A stretch of DNA of 64,000 bases, from the NCBI GenBank assembly GCA_023231475.1, contig JALJEE010001258.1, forward strand, positions 62,001-126,000. The letters are read 5' to 3'. The position numbers and the translations under genes were made by a program. Below are positions 41,164 through 54,772 of the stretch, piece by piece. The notes below the pieces were generated by a model. The model was not told where the DNA came from and made no database searches. It worked only from the letters and a program-made list of their open reading frames with translations. This DNA is from Seison nebaliae (lineage: Eukaryota). Position 1 is the stretch's first letter, and each line of letters starts with the position of its first letter.

Positions 41164-42804
41164 ATGGGCAAGAAACAGCACCAGGCGGATAAGATGTACG
41201 TGACAGCAAGTGAGTGGCAGATGTTGTACGGTGGATTTAAGCCGCAGAATTATGGTGAGAAATCCGTTTTCCGTCGACTTCCTTTTTATTATTGTGCACT
41301 TTCGTTGCAGCCGGCGACGAAACCGTTTTGTACAAAAGAAGGAATAATTTTTGATATGATGTCCATCGCTCCATTCCTCTCTCGTTATGGATTGAATCCG
41401 GTGACGGGTAAACTATTAGGAGCGAATGAATTAATTAAAGTGAAAATCGTTTATGACGAAGAGGAGAAGAAACCGATGTGTCCCATTCTCAAGAAGACGA
41501 TGACGGAGAATTCATTCATTATCGTCAATCGAGTGTCTGGATACATGTATTTGAATGAAGCGATTGAACAATTGAATATCGGTCAGAATTATTGGAGAGA
41601 TTTGATGACACATGAACCATTTGTTCGATCAGATTTGATTGTGATTCAAGATCCGAAAAATATCGGTAAATTCAATATAAATGAATTTTATTATTTTCAA
41701 AATAAATTATTAAATGAGAAGAAAGAGAAGAATACTAATTTGAATAATCCATCAATATCGACTCAATTCGTTCTAGATGAATTGGAAAGAAATAAAAAGA
41801 AAAGTGAAAACGTTGAAGAGAAATTCCATAAGAAATTCCTTGACACTAATAATAAAATCTCCAATTTCGCCAAAGCCGCTCACAACGAAACGAATCAATC
41901 GATTTATTCAACAGGAAAAGCGGCCGCTTCCTTCACTTCCACCGTCGTTGAATTGACGACCAATATCCTTCCCGCATATGTGGCAAATGACGAAATTATT
42001 ATTCGACGTCTCAAATCCAGTTCGTTGAAAGGATATATCCAATTAATCACTTCACTTGGCGTTCTCAACATTCAATTAGAGACGAATTATGCACCATTGA
42101 CATGTCGCAATTTCCTGGAATTGTGCCAGCAAAATTTTTATGATGGAACTATTTTCCATCGATCAATTCCCAATTTTATGATTCAAGGTGGCGATCCGAA
42201 AGGTAACGGAGAAGGAGGAAGAACAGCACGTGAAGGAGAGAAATTGAAAGATGAATTTCATCCAAATCTTCTTCATGATCGACGAGGAATCGTCAGTATG
42301 GCGAAGAAAGAGGAAGCGGATAGTGGCACCTCTCAATTCTTCATCACGTACAAGAGCGCGAAACATTTGGATAAGAAACATTCGATTTTCGGGAAAGTCG
42401 TCGGTGGAATGAATGTTCTCGATAAGATGGAACAAATTCCTGTTAATAAAAAAGATCGTCCGACGATCGATATTTCCATTTTATCCACCGAAATTTGCAT
42501 CAATCCTTATCTAGAGTTAGAGAAGGAGATCGAAAAAGAACAGAATGATGAGAAGAAAAAGAAAAAGGGATCGAAAAACGAGAAAAATAAATCGGAAAAT
42601 TCAAAAAAACGTTTAAATATTTCCGCACCTGTCAATGAGAAATTGAGGGTGGGGAAATATATTAAACGGAACGATTTGGAACGTTTAGAGAAAATCGTTC
42701 AATCGAAAACAAAAACGATGAATGAGAACGAGAAGAAGTTATTGATCAATTCACATAAACGCAATACGGAAAATTATCGAATGAAAGATTTCAGTTCCTG
42801 GTGA
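41164..42804 (+). CDS. PPIL2: RING/U-box-type cyclophilin (CYP60/CYP4), intronless
   Basis: MGKKQHQADKMYVTASEW, FRRLPF..CALSLQP, YSTGKAAASFTST; cyclophilin domain FHRSIPNFMIQGGDP...SQFFITY...HLDKKHSIFGKVVGG. Confidence 0.97.
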   Translation: MGKKQHQADKMYVTASEWQMLYGGFKPQNYGEKSVFRRLPFYYCALSLQPATKPFCTKEGIIFDMMSIAPFLSRYGLNPVTGKLLGANELIKVKIVYDEEEKKPMCPILKKTMTENSFIIVNRVSGYMYLNEAIEQLNIGQNYWRDLMTHEPFVRSDLIVIQDPKNIGKFNINEFYYFQNKLLNEKKEKNTNLNNPSISTQFVLDELERNKKKSENVEEKFHKKFLDTNNKISNFAKAAHNETNQSIYSTGKAAASFTSTVVELTTNILPAYVANDEIIIRRLKSSSLKGYIQLITSLGVLNIQLETNYAPLTCRNFLELCQQNFYDGTIFHRSIPNFMIQGGDPKGNGEGGRTAREGEKLKDEFHPNLLHDRRGIVSMAKKEEADSGTSQFFITYKSAKHLDKKHSIFGKVVGGMNVLDKMEQIPVNKKDRPTIDISILSTEICINPYLELEKEIEKEQNDEKKKKKGSKNEKNKSENSKKRLNISAPVNEKLRVGKYIKRNDLERLEKIVQSKTKTMNENEKKLLINSHKRNTENYRMKDFSSW

Positions 42805-43323
42805 CGAGAGAGAGAGAGAGAGAGAATTGGAATTAATTTTAATTTAATTTATTTGAATTTATTTAAATTTTATAATTTGTAAATAAAGAGATTTTTATTA
42901 TGTTCCTTTTTGTTCTTGTTTTTCCTTTTGTTTTGAGAGACGCGAAAATGTTTTTGTATTTGCAAAAAAATAATTTTCTCAGACTAGTCCGCGCAAAATT
43001 TTCGAGTGGGCCGGACAAGTCATTAGATTGTTGGTTTGGATTTGATCGAATTGGTCGAGTTAAACAATTGGGCGGCGTATACGGCCTATCGTATATAACG
43101 CAAGAAAGTGTTGAGGTAATTTAAGGAAATTAATTTTCGTTAGCGAGAAATAGTTAGAGAGGAAATCTTTGCTAGCATAAATTCGAGAGTTTATTATTTC
43201 AATCACAAAAATTGAATCAAAAAATTTTTTCATATTTTTTACTTCGAGTTTTCATTCGATTGGACTTTCTCTTCTATTCGCCCACATTCTCCCTTCATTA
43301 TTCTTCACATTCTTCCTCTCAAT

Positions 43324-44656
43324 ATGATCAAAGAGGAAAATGAAGAATTCAGTAACGCTCCGAACACTACTGCCACTACTACCACCGCAACTACTAGTCC
43401 TTCGACGTCGAGCAATGGCGAGCGAAATTTACAACAAGCCGTGGACGTACAGAAACTACTTCAGAATCATTACCTCAAAAACTTCACGATGGAATTCGAA
43501 TTGGTTGGCGTGCAACCAGAGGACTTACATCGAACTATCACGTTCGAGGATCTCGTCAGTTTCGGTTAGCGGTTTTTGGATAATCTTCGGATTAATCTAG
43601 TTTTGTTCGATGGTGGACAGTTAAAATACCGGATGGTGGGAAAACGGCCGTTCCACGACCAATGAACGCTTTCATGTTATTCGGGAGACTTCATCGACAA
43701 CCTTATCGGAATATGTATCCATCGGAAAAGAATATGTTCATAACTCACCGGTTCGATTCGATTCTGATGATTTCTCCTTTTGTCATCTCTTTCTCACAGA
43801 ATAGGAGAAGTTTGGAAAAACTTGCCTGATCGGAAGAAGGCCGAATATTTCACCCTTCAAGAGTACGTGAGTCGGTTACATTTCGAACTTCATCCAAGTT
43901 CGATTCCAAGTTCCAAGACATCTCAACTCTTTCCATTCTTTTCCCTCATTGTCTCTGTGATGAAGCGATGGGCGAATGATGGAAGAGATTTCGCTGGCGC
44001 ACTTTTCCCTTTCACTTTCATTGTTCGATTTTCGATTTTGATTTCAATTTTGATTTAGATTCGATTCGGAAGAATAAGACGCATGAACCAAAACGACATT
44101 ATTCGTATAGTTCGGATTTACTTCTCCGTAAACTCTTTTCTAAATTTGACGATTTGTTTCAACTGCAGGAAAGAATGAAAACATGCGACATGTCGATAAT
44201 GAATTATCGTTATTTTTAAATTATTTTAATTTTTTTTATTTATTTATTTCTCATTTATTCGATATTTTAGACGAGAGGAACGTGACATGGAAGCGACGGC
44301 ACCGATCGCTTATCAATTCAATCCCTATTATTTCTCACCATATTGCGGATATTATGATCCGAGTAATATGTACATGTCGCAACATCCCGCCGCCATCAAT
44401 CAGAACATCGAGGCTTACAAGAACGCCTACAGTAACTTCTACGGCATATCTGACAGTATGTACGCTTACATGCGACAACAACCGCCACAAGTCCAACAAG
44501 TCTACACGCCCATCGAGAACGAGCCGAGACGCTTCAATCAAATGTGTCTGATGAATCGCAGTTATCTCACACCACAACAACATCAATTCATGCAACAGGA
44601 CAAAGATGATATGCACAATTTAGGCATTAAGGCCGATATGACGGAGGGCTATTTGC

Positions 44657-44692
<36 letters not shown>

Positions 44693-44737
44693 CGCCACAA
44701 CAACCACAAACATCGACCCAACAACAACAACAACAGG

Positions 44738-44779
<42 letters not shown>

Positions 44780-45162
44780 TGCCGTCGATGTTACAACATA
44801 GCACGTTGCAATCGACCTCCAAACAACTTTTGGGTTAAGCGAATTTCGAAGTAGTTTTGAAACTTAAAAAAATTCTATTTTCAGCTCACAGTATCGGAGA
44901 TAATTGCGAACAATACTCCAACATCACTTGCTCCGATCAAGTCGATGAGTTAGACGACTCGTTCTTGAACAGTCAATCGCCGATCGATTGCAAGACGCCA
45001 TTCGGTCTTCATATGGTCTCCCCGTCCGGACCACTCGACAACGACGACGACGATAACAGCTGGGGAAAGTTGGACAATAATTCAGGAATGTGCGCCAGTA
45101 TTGATGATGATATCCCGCCGCCCAAAATGTTGCGATTGGACTCACGAGAAGAAAAACAATAA
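43324..45162 (+). CDS. HMG-box transcription factor (HBP1/Sox-like box) with Tyr/Gln-rich C-terminus, about 7 exons
   Basis: Spliced box VPRPMNAFMLFGRLHRQPYRNMYPSEKNMFITHR|IGEVWKNLPDRKKAEYFTLQEYVSRLHFELHP; introns 43565-43620 and 43751-43799; later junctions less certain. Confidence 0.8.
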
Positions 45163-48133
45163 ATGTGGAGGAGAATAACTATTCGTCGAATTTCGTGAAA
45201 TAATTTGAAGATTTGGATTTAAGAGAGAGAAAAAAACGATTTTTAGAATGATTTTTAAATGAGATTGATTGATGCGAAAAAATTTAGATGTGACTCATTT
45301 TCTCAACGAAGACGAAAGAATAAAACTTTAACGATTTAAATTTTATTTATTCCCCACCACCACCACCACCCATTGTTGAAAGGATTGATTGTTCGATATT
45401 AATGAATTTGACGACGGAAATAATTCCGGACGTAATTGTCAAATTGATGGGCGTTCTTCATCCCCCCTCTCTCTCTCTCTTAATGAGTATCTCTTTCGAG
45501 AGATTAACGTGTCACATTTGTGAGTTGTTCATTTCGTCACTATATATTCATTTCGATTATTTACTGATTATTTGATTGATGTGAAATTAGAAGAAATTAT
45601 CGATAAAAAAAAAAAGAAATCTATTAGTGTGTGTAGAGGATGAAATGAGAATTTTAAATGAGAAATAATCATGAGAGGAATCTCTTAATGTTGAAATGGA
45701 ATCGATTCTCGTCGTGGGATCGATGGCGTATTCAGATGAAAGCATGTCGTCCAGATTCATCCATTCATTGCCACATCAGATGAGTTATGGTCATTAATAA
45801 ATGTTTAAGGGGAGCAGTATGAATGATAGCGGCCTCATACACCGAACGTTTCATTTGCAAACAACCGCCACCATAAGTGTTGTATGATTGGGAAGTTGAG
45901 TAGAGTATTTAATTGTATTAAATGATTTATTTTCATTATCAATCTCATCGACACGAATTCACTACCAACAAACAATGGAATATATATATATCTCTATATA
46001 TATATAGAGCGAAATAATAATATAGAATAATAATGAAGATTTTGTCGGGAGGAAAGAAAAGAAAGAATTAAATTTACGAAATCATATCGGAGAGATGGAA
46101 AAATCTTCTCGGTGATGATGAGATAGTACGATGATGCCACCGAATTTATTACGTATGGGGAAGGGAGAGAAGTGAGAGAGAGTAATTGATTGAAAAGAAG
46201 TCGTGAATTAAAAATGATTCATTCGTTGATCTATTCATCAAATTATATTGAAGTGAACAGACAACGATCGTAAGAAATAGAAGAAAAAAGTTTAATTGTT
46301 TTTCCGCTTAATCCTCTCATTCGTTTCATATCTTGATAATTGCATTCTGTTCCATTTTTCATGATTTCTCATATCCCCACCAATTCCTCTTATTAACATC
46401 GGAACATCGAAATCGGAAGAACAATTCATATCTCAATTCATTTTCAACACCATTCATCTTCCTCCTCATTCGCCTATTGAAATGAATCTCAAGTAATTGT
46501 TATGATGATCTTCTCACCATTCCCTCCTCATTCATATCATATTATGAAATTGAGATGAAAAAATTTAGATAAGAAAACTAATACACTTCCCCGTCCACTC
46601 TCATTCCACATTAGGAATTATGTACACAATCGATTATTTGGAGAATTTTGCTTCTTCCAACTGTTTCGGTGTCACTGGCGAATGAATGAAAAGAAACATT
46701 CTTCTCTCCATCACCACCACCATCACCACCACCAAACAACAATAACCAATAATCATTAGAGTTCATAGTTAGTGGCGGAAAGAATAAAATTCTCGTTATC
46801 ATTTCTCAATCATCAGTAGGGAGAACTGATTGGATATTTATTAATATTCATTTCGTTCCGATCGACAACTATTTCCATTGTCGTCCCAGAGAGTTGACGC
46901 GAGAGAATATTCATAAATTTATCATTCATTCCTCTCCCCTAACGTTTATTAATTCTTCTTCTTCTTATTCTCCTTTCTCACTCTCACTCACTCAATCATC
47001 AAATTATCGCTCATTAACGACGAATAATGGTATGATTACTGATTGATTGGTATAATATTGGAAATGAATCATTTAATATGATACGTTTCTCTTATTCATC
47101 TCAATTTCTATTTATTATTCATATTTTTCATGATTTATCATCCACATGATATCCACAAACTTAATCAAGAATAATTGTGAAAAATTGTGAAAATTGTGAA
47201 GAAGATTGTGAAGAAGATTGTGAATGAGATTATTCTGTCATTGATTAGTTGATGTTATGGTGAGGAGATGTTGATGTGTATGTGTGTGTATGTGTGTGTG
47301 TGTGTGTGTGTGTCGTATTGTCGATGAGTCAATTATTAACAAGAAACAATTAATATGAATGAGACTGAAGTTTTTTTTCCTTTTTTCTAATTCGTATGAA
47401 TATTGATTAATTTATTAATATGTCGAGCACGTTATCATACGATATGTTTGCGGAGTTCTAGTATGATGAGTATGCAGAGGAAGGGAGGGCGGTCGATTTC
47501 CATCTCACCATATTCCTCTCACCTCGCCAATCAAAGAGCATCAAATAGAATTAGGCGAGTAAATAATGAAATAATTGAATAATTCTAATCAGAATTTAGA
47601 TAGACATTTTGTTCGAATTCATTCCGATTGTGCATTTCCTGCCTTTCGCACTGTTTATACTTTTCCAATTAAATGCAATTTCCCCCTTCTCTAAAAAGTG
47701 AGAGAGACGGGAGGGAGTTGTGGGCCGATGTCGTCAAAGAAGAATGAATGAATATTTTCCCCTCGTCAGTGGGACAGACGAGCGGGCGGAGAGAGCGCGA
47801 GCTAATGAGAAATCATTTTGATTAGTTCATTCCCGACCTGTCATACTCCATTTCATACACTCATTAATATTGATGAGAAACGATAACGTAATTGACTAAT
47901 AAGAAAAATGTGGAATGATATTAAAATAATTTCTATATCAAATTAATAAGTTTCTCGTTAAGACAACGACTCGTCCGTCATTCGTCGGGTGTGATGTTTT
48001 TGTCGGTCTATTTCTCTCTCGGAAATCTTTCTCATTCAAATCTAATTTTTGTAGCTCACTCAATCTCTTCTATCCATAATAGAACGATATAATTCTGTTT
48101 TTAACACACGTGGATCGTCGTGGGTGGAAAAAG

Positions 48134-51100
48134 ATGGATAATGATATCAAATCGGAGAACATGTTGGAAACGGAAAGCATACCTCCACCATCTCTCATCA
48201 CAACCAACGAATGGACGTACGAAGAGCAATTCAAACAAGTTAGTCCAACATTTTACTTGTTGTTGTTGTTGTTGTTGTTGATGTACAAGTGACTTGACAA
48301 CTGTTGCCATTAAATCGAATAAAATAAGATAAATAAAAAAACTGCTCCAATCTCCATTTTTATATTAAGGAAATTATTTTCATTACATTAACTTTCAGTT
48401 AAGCGTTAAATTATCGAAGACATATTAGAACACGTGTTCCAATTCGATTTCTATTTTATTAGTCGTTCTGACGACGTGCACCGATACGATGTGCAGACTG
48501 AAATGAAATGCACAAAATTAAAATGACGATGAATTTTATCGTAGAATTTAATGGAATGAGGGAGATATAGTTCCTCCTCGTCCATTGGAGGGCTGGGAAT
48601 GTGAATTATGTAAATTGGAAGTGTGAAATCATCGAATGGATTATAATGAATGAGAACGAGTTCGGGATAGGCCAATCATATCGAATCAAACGGAATGATA
48701 AGTGTTAAACTGAATTAATCAATCATCACTATCGTGTGTGTGGGGAGGGAGGGAGAGAGGGATGGAACGAAGGAGGTTGGAGGAAGAGAATGGAATGGGA
48801 GGACGAATAATCCCATTGATTGATAAATGATCAACGGAATCATATTTGCCTTTTGTTATTATGATGAGTGTCATTGCTTCAATTAGTTACGAATTGACGT
48901 CGATTAGCGAAGGAGAAATCGGAATATTTATGTGAAATAATGGAGAGATTGGTTTATGAATCGATGTAATCAAACATTTATAAACAAAAACGATCATATC
49001 GTCTATGTGGCCTGGCAGCCGGCAACGAATAATTCTCATTCCAATGAAGCAACTAATTGAAATAATGACGTTGCAGATAATTTCATTTTAATATATGTTA
49101 ATTAATTGCACTTCGTTTTGGTCGATTAGACACATTTCACAATATTCTCCCCCCTCCACACACAGACACACACACAAACATAAACATGGCACAGATAGTG
49201 TGCAGTGATGTTGCAGTGGAATGGAGTGGTACGACTTCCCTCCAATCCACCCAGATGAACGGGATCTACATTGATTCTATTAAAGATTTGAGCAGAGAAT
49301 TAACTATTTATATCGATAATGTAGACTCATCCTTTATTCGGTTGCTCATATTTATATACGAACGAATATATCACATTCGCTTATCAAATTCAGTTTCAAA
49401 TAATTTATTAGGGCACACGAGATTGAGCGGCAGCTACTCAATATGTCTGAACGGCAGTCGAACTCGAGGAGCAAACGGGGAGGGTAGGAAGGGAAGAACT
49501 TGCAACGAATAAAATACGAATGGACATAAATATGATTTCATGATCGTTAGAGATCATTTAGAAATTGGAATTTTTCAATAGAATTCCGAATGAATGGATG
49601 GATGGATGGTTGGTAGAATGAATGAATGGATGTGCTTTTCTCCATTATCGATAGAAATATTATTCAATTAATTCCATTGTATTTACATAATTCTCAATAA
49701 TTGAATATTTTAACTATCCTAATCTAGTTGATCGTTCCTCATTTCTCCTCTTCTTCCTCCTCCTCTCCCAATCCAATTGAATCATTTACTCTTTCACATC
49801 TTCACCCGCCTCTCCGAATCACTTCGATTTGTTTCAATTGATTAACGAGGAAATCAGAAAAGATTATCATATTTCTCCATACTCAACTCTCACCCTGCCT
49901 CTCATCCCATCCAATGATTAGTGAAGGGTGGAAAGAAAGAAAGAAAGAAAAAAAGAAAGAAAAAAAAGAAAGAAATTTGAGGGAGAAGTAAATTGGAATT
50001 GATTAGTTTCCACTTCGGTTTCTGTTTTACTTTTCGGCGACCAGGCAATAGGAAGGAAGCAGAAAACGAATTATAAATAAATTAGATGACTTTTCAATTC
50101 TCTCCTTAGTTAGAAATCGTGCACTATTTTTTACTTTTTATTTTTGGTTGGATTTGATATTTTGATTAAATTATTTCTTATTTGTAACAATCTAAAAGCA
50201 CAAGTTCAATTGTGATCATTTCATTTGATAATTGAGTTAAATTTCTTTCGATTCCTTAGAACTTATTCTCAACAGTTTCCCCCTACATACACCCCTATGT
50301 AATATGTCAGAGAAGATTAAAGGAACTATCATTAGCAGTAGTGAGGCGAAGCAAGCAGAGGTTAAATGTAGTTTGAAAGCTGTTAGTTGTCCCCTTCCTT
50401 TCTTTTCTTTCATTCAAAATTAGACGTTATACATTCAAATTATTTATTATTCATACAATTATTGTCGTATATAAGAGATTGTTCTTAATGAAATTTATTA
50501 ACAATTCCGCAATTTTATTTCGAATTCAAAATGGTTCTAAATATTTTTCATTCTCTCAACAAGCTCTACGAGTTGTCGGACGACCCACATCGCAAGGAGT
50601 TTCTTGATGATCTATTCAGTTTCATGCAACGTCGAGGTTAGTGTCCCCAACACATTCCACCCACACTCATTGTTACCGTCGTGCAGGATCGCCGGTCAAT
50701 CGAATACCGATCATGGCGAAGCAAGTGTTGGACTTATACGAGTTGTTTCGACTCGTCGTCAGTAAGGGCGGTCTCGTGGAAGTGATCAACAAGAAGTTGT
50801 GGCGCGAAATCACCAAAGGTCTCAATCTGCCCAGTTCGATTACGAGCGCCGCGTTCACTTTGAGGACACAGTTCACATTCACTCTCACCCTTCCACACGT
50901 CATTCCATATTTAGATATATGAAATATTTGTATCCGTATGAATGTGAGAGATATAAGTTGAGTAATTCGGCTGAATTACAATCGGCAATTGATGGTAATC
51001 GTCGTGAGGCTCGTCGTCCCAGTTACGGTTATTCCGATTACAATACCGCGGCCATGGCAGCCATAATGGCGAATGGATTGAATGTGACGAACAACAATTC

Positions 51101-53028
51101 ACTTAAACAGATTTTGCCACCACATGCCGCCGCAGCTGTGGCACAGGCAGCCGTAAACGTCAACCGCCAATTAAATTTACCTTTCCAATCGCCTAATCTG
51201 TTCGGTTTGAATGGACAGACGTCAATGATGAATGCGGCAGCGACGGCGGCTCTCCAATCCTCTTTGATGAGTAAACCGAATGAGAGTAAGACGTTGAACA
51301 CACGATCGAGTAATTTCCCCACCGACCTCATCACCACCACCTCCACCACCCTCCGTAACGCCAATACGAATTTGAATGGCAGTTGCAACACAATTTGTTC
51401 GAACTCATTCCGAGATAGTAACTTATCTAAAGACCAATCGAAGAACTTGTTGACGAATTCGATGAATAATTCGTTCACGAATAAGAATGACAACAGTCCA
51501 ATACAAATTGCGAATCGAATATTAGAATTCCGTTAGTCTCTCCCCCTTTCTCATTTCACATAACTCACATTTGATGATTGTGCTTAGGCCAAACGAATAA
51601 CAATTTCGAAATTGACAGTAACAATAATAATAATAATAATAGTTTCGACGTCAAATCCCGATTGAGTGATGCGTCCACTCTCCTCTCCAATTTCATTATG
51701 GCTAATCGACAGAATAATAACATTCAGAATCAATTGTCTACTCTTCTCCAATCCCAAGACGGTTTGAATTCCGCTATTTCCAATGCCACTTCAATGCAAG
51801 TGAACGGAGAGAAATTGAATGACTTCCCTCCAATCCAACTTCAAGAGAATGAAACGATGAATTTAGAGAATAACAATGAAAATCTTCGACAATTATTTAT
51901 TGATTCGAATCGAGATAAAATTCATTCGTTAATTCAATCGTTGAACGAATCATCCATTCCCACCGCACTCATGGCACAAGTGAATCACAAGGAACCGAAG
52001 AGTGAAAAGATTGACACTGACGACGATGATAATGGTTCTTGTTCGGACTTGAATAATTCCAGTCAAAACGGTTTCATGAAAGGAAACAATAACCTTTTCC
52101 CCAAAACACGCGACAATTCATTAGCCTCTCCAATTTCGGATAAGTTGGAAATGATTCTTTCATTCTTTTCATAATTTTAATCATTTTAATCATTTTTCAA
52201 TTTCAGGTTATTAGACAATGAGGAATTTTTCGAAAATCTTTCCAATTCACCCACATCGTATTTGGAGAATAAATTGAAGAGGAAATTGTCAATGATTAGT
52301 AAGAAGAATGAATTGAAGAAGAACAAGTTGTTGGTTGATGACGAATTCTTCAATACCACTTGTACAAGCGGTTATTCAAGCGGTAATAGTTTAGTTAATG
52401 AAGGTAACTAATTTTAGTTTATTTTATTTTTATTTTCGTTCTTTTTCCTTCTTTTCCATCATCTCACTTTCATCAAATGTAGATCAAATTCTCATTAATC
52501 GATTCCTCTCTTTTCCAATCTGTGAACAGATGTGCAGAAATTGAATGGAAATCGTCGTCATTTATCGGATGAGGTTGAGGGAAATAAGAAGAACGACGAC
52601 ATATCGAAACCATCAAACTCATTTTTGACGGCGAATCTTTTAAAAGAGAATGGAGGTTCTTTCTTTTTAAATTTTCTTCTCTTCAGCTTAGTTGTTTATC
52701 AGAACGAACAAAGACGAATGATGAAGGAACGATGTGCAACGCTCTCTTCACTTATTTGGCGAATATGATCAACCGACAAGCGACAGATGGAAATAACGAT
52801 GCAAGATCGTGCAAGTCCAATGACGAGGAAGAGACCACCTCCGATCACTCAGTGTCTCCCTCACGAAAGTACTGCGAAATGCCCACTATTCTCTTGGATC
52901 TGGATACGTCATCCAATGTTCAGAACATCGAAATTACTGGTCAATTATCAAATAATAGTGATCAGCTATCAATGCGCCTTCAATATGGATCGATGCAATT
53001 TGAAGGGATTTTACAAAAGAAACAATAA
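48134..53028 (+). CDS. ARID3: ARID3 / dead ringer (retained) transcription factor, about 8 exons; first intron 48239-50563; start codon uncertain
   Basis: WTYEEQFKQ|LYELSDDPHRKEFLDDLFSFMQRRG, PVNRIPIMAKQVLDLYELF...LPSSITSAAFTLRTQYMKYLYPYEC; C-terminal REKLES-beta-like LSMRLQYGSMQFEGIL. Confidence 0.95.
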
Positions 53029-53605
53029 AGATGCATGGTGCATCGATCGGCGTTTATGCCACTAATACAACACCATTAAAACAATAGTTGTATCTATTTA
53101 TTATCTCGAAAACTATTTATTAAAGATAATGTAATTCTTATCCGTTTCTTCCATTATCGCGATTACTTCATGGAAATTAAGCTCATTCACCACCTCATTC
53201 ACAGCTCATCCCAAGAAGAAGAATTTAATTAGAGATTCAAAATCATCTTACGAACATCTTATTATCCACATGAATGATAATTAGTACAATTTAAAAAAAT
53301 TTTATCTTTATCTCACAAACATATAAAATTTTCATGAGCATAAAATTCATTTACTTGTTTAACGATCTTCACCAAATTATCTCCTTTCACTTCACCAAAT
53401 TAATTATTATTCTAATTAATTTATGTCATCTATACAAACCCTAGTGTTAGTATAACTCAAATTTAATTATTTTTTTATAAAAAAAAATGAGTCTATAAGA
53501 TTTAATCGATATTGACTCAAAACTCACAGTTAGAAATTCTGATACTTATAAGTAAGAAATCACACCCAAAGAATAAAATTGATAAAGTAATAAATAAAAG
53601 TAAGA

Positions 53606-53814
53606 ATCATTCTTCATTTCGATAATTTCTAACAAATTTTTAAGAGAAATGGTTATGGAATTGAGCAAGAGTAATTTCACACATTTTCGGACAATTGAGC
53701 AAGATCGAGATAATTATTGTTATTTTTCTTCCAAATTTGTGATAAGTTAGATTATTCGAAAATTCCATAACCTATCTTAAAAATTTGTTAGGAATTATCG
53801 AAATGAAGAATGAT
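53606..53814. mobile_element. MITE-like element, about 209 bp, with ~55-bp terminal inverted repeats
   Basis: Left arm atcattcttcatttcgataatttctaacaaatttttaagagaaatggttatggaatt (53606-53662) is nearly the reverse complement of aattccataacctatcttaaaaatttgttaggaattatcgaaatgaagaatgat (53761-53814); no clear target-site duplication. Confidence 0.75.
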
Positions 53815-54772
53815 AACATAAGTTATCTGATATTAATATCTCGTATTCTTTCCATCGTCTATGAGAGAAGAAGAATCGTTCTCATAAAATTATCAATGAA
53901 TTCGTTAACATTTGATTCGACTCGTTAATTTTAGGAGATTAAAATAGGAAAATTTTTTCATGAAGTACATAATATATATAAATATATTTATTATTCTTTT
54001 ATTATAATATTATTATATTTTATATATATATATAATAATTGGTAATAGATATTCATGAATATTTCCCAAATATATTTCCATGAATCGTTTGAAATATTCG
54101 GAGAATCGAAACTGCAACCAACCACAGGAAAGTTAATGGAGTAATAAATTGAAGGTGAAAAAAAACGATTAGTTTCTTGATGATTTTTATTCGAATGTTC
54201 TCCTAACCAACAAGTTGTAAGTTTTTCATATTAGATGGTAATCAATTATCTCCAATCAGTTTGAACTTATAACAGGTTCACTTAATTTATTTTAAATATT
54301 ACTCTGGAAATGAAAATATTCTAATTTTATTTTAAAGAAATTTCTTAAATGAAATTTTTCTTAAATTTTTTCATCTAAAATTCATATTAAAATTTTGGAA
54401 GTGCATCGCCTTTGACTATTTCTTTCCCAGTGAATAAACTATTCATCAAGATGATTAATATTTTTTTAATGAAACTTTTGACAATATGTGTAACATTTTT
54501 TTTCATGCGTCATCAACATCAACAGAAAATTATTGGAGAGGAGAGAGTGGCTTAGTAGAAGGAAAGACTTATAATTTGAATTGATGTGAATGAGAGTAGA
54601 ATGATGAAATGGAATGAATTGATGAGATATGAAATGAAATTGAGTGAAGAATAATAAATTGAATTTCATCAACAAATGAGCAAGAAGACGATTTGCAGGA
54701 CGTGAACATGAGAATTTTTCTTTTGAACGATATGTGAAATAGGAGAACTAATTAATATTCAGTCAGTTGAGA

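Noticed and set aside
49186..49512. 108-aa ORF in ARID3 intron 1
   Set aside because: No homology cues; ARID3 exons join correctly (FKQ|LYEL) without it
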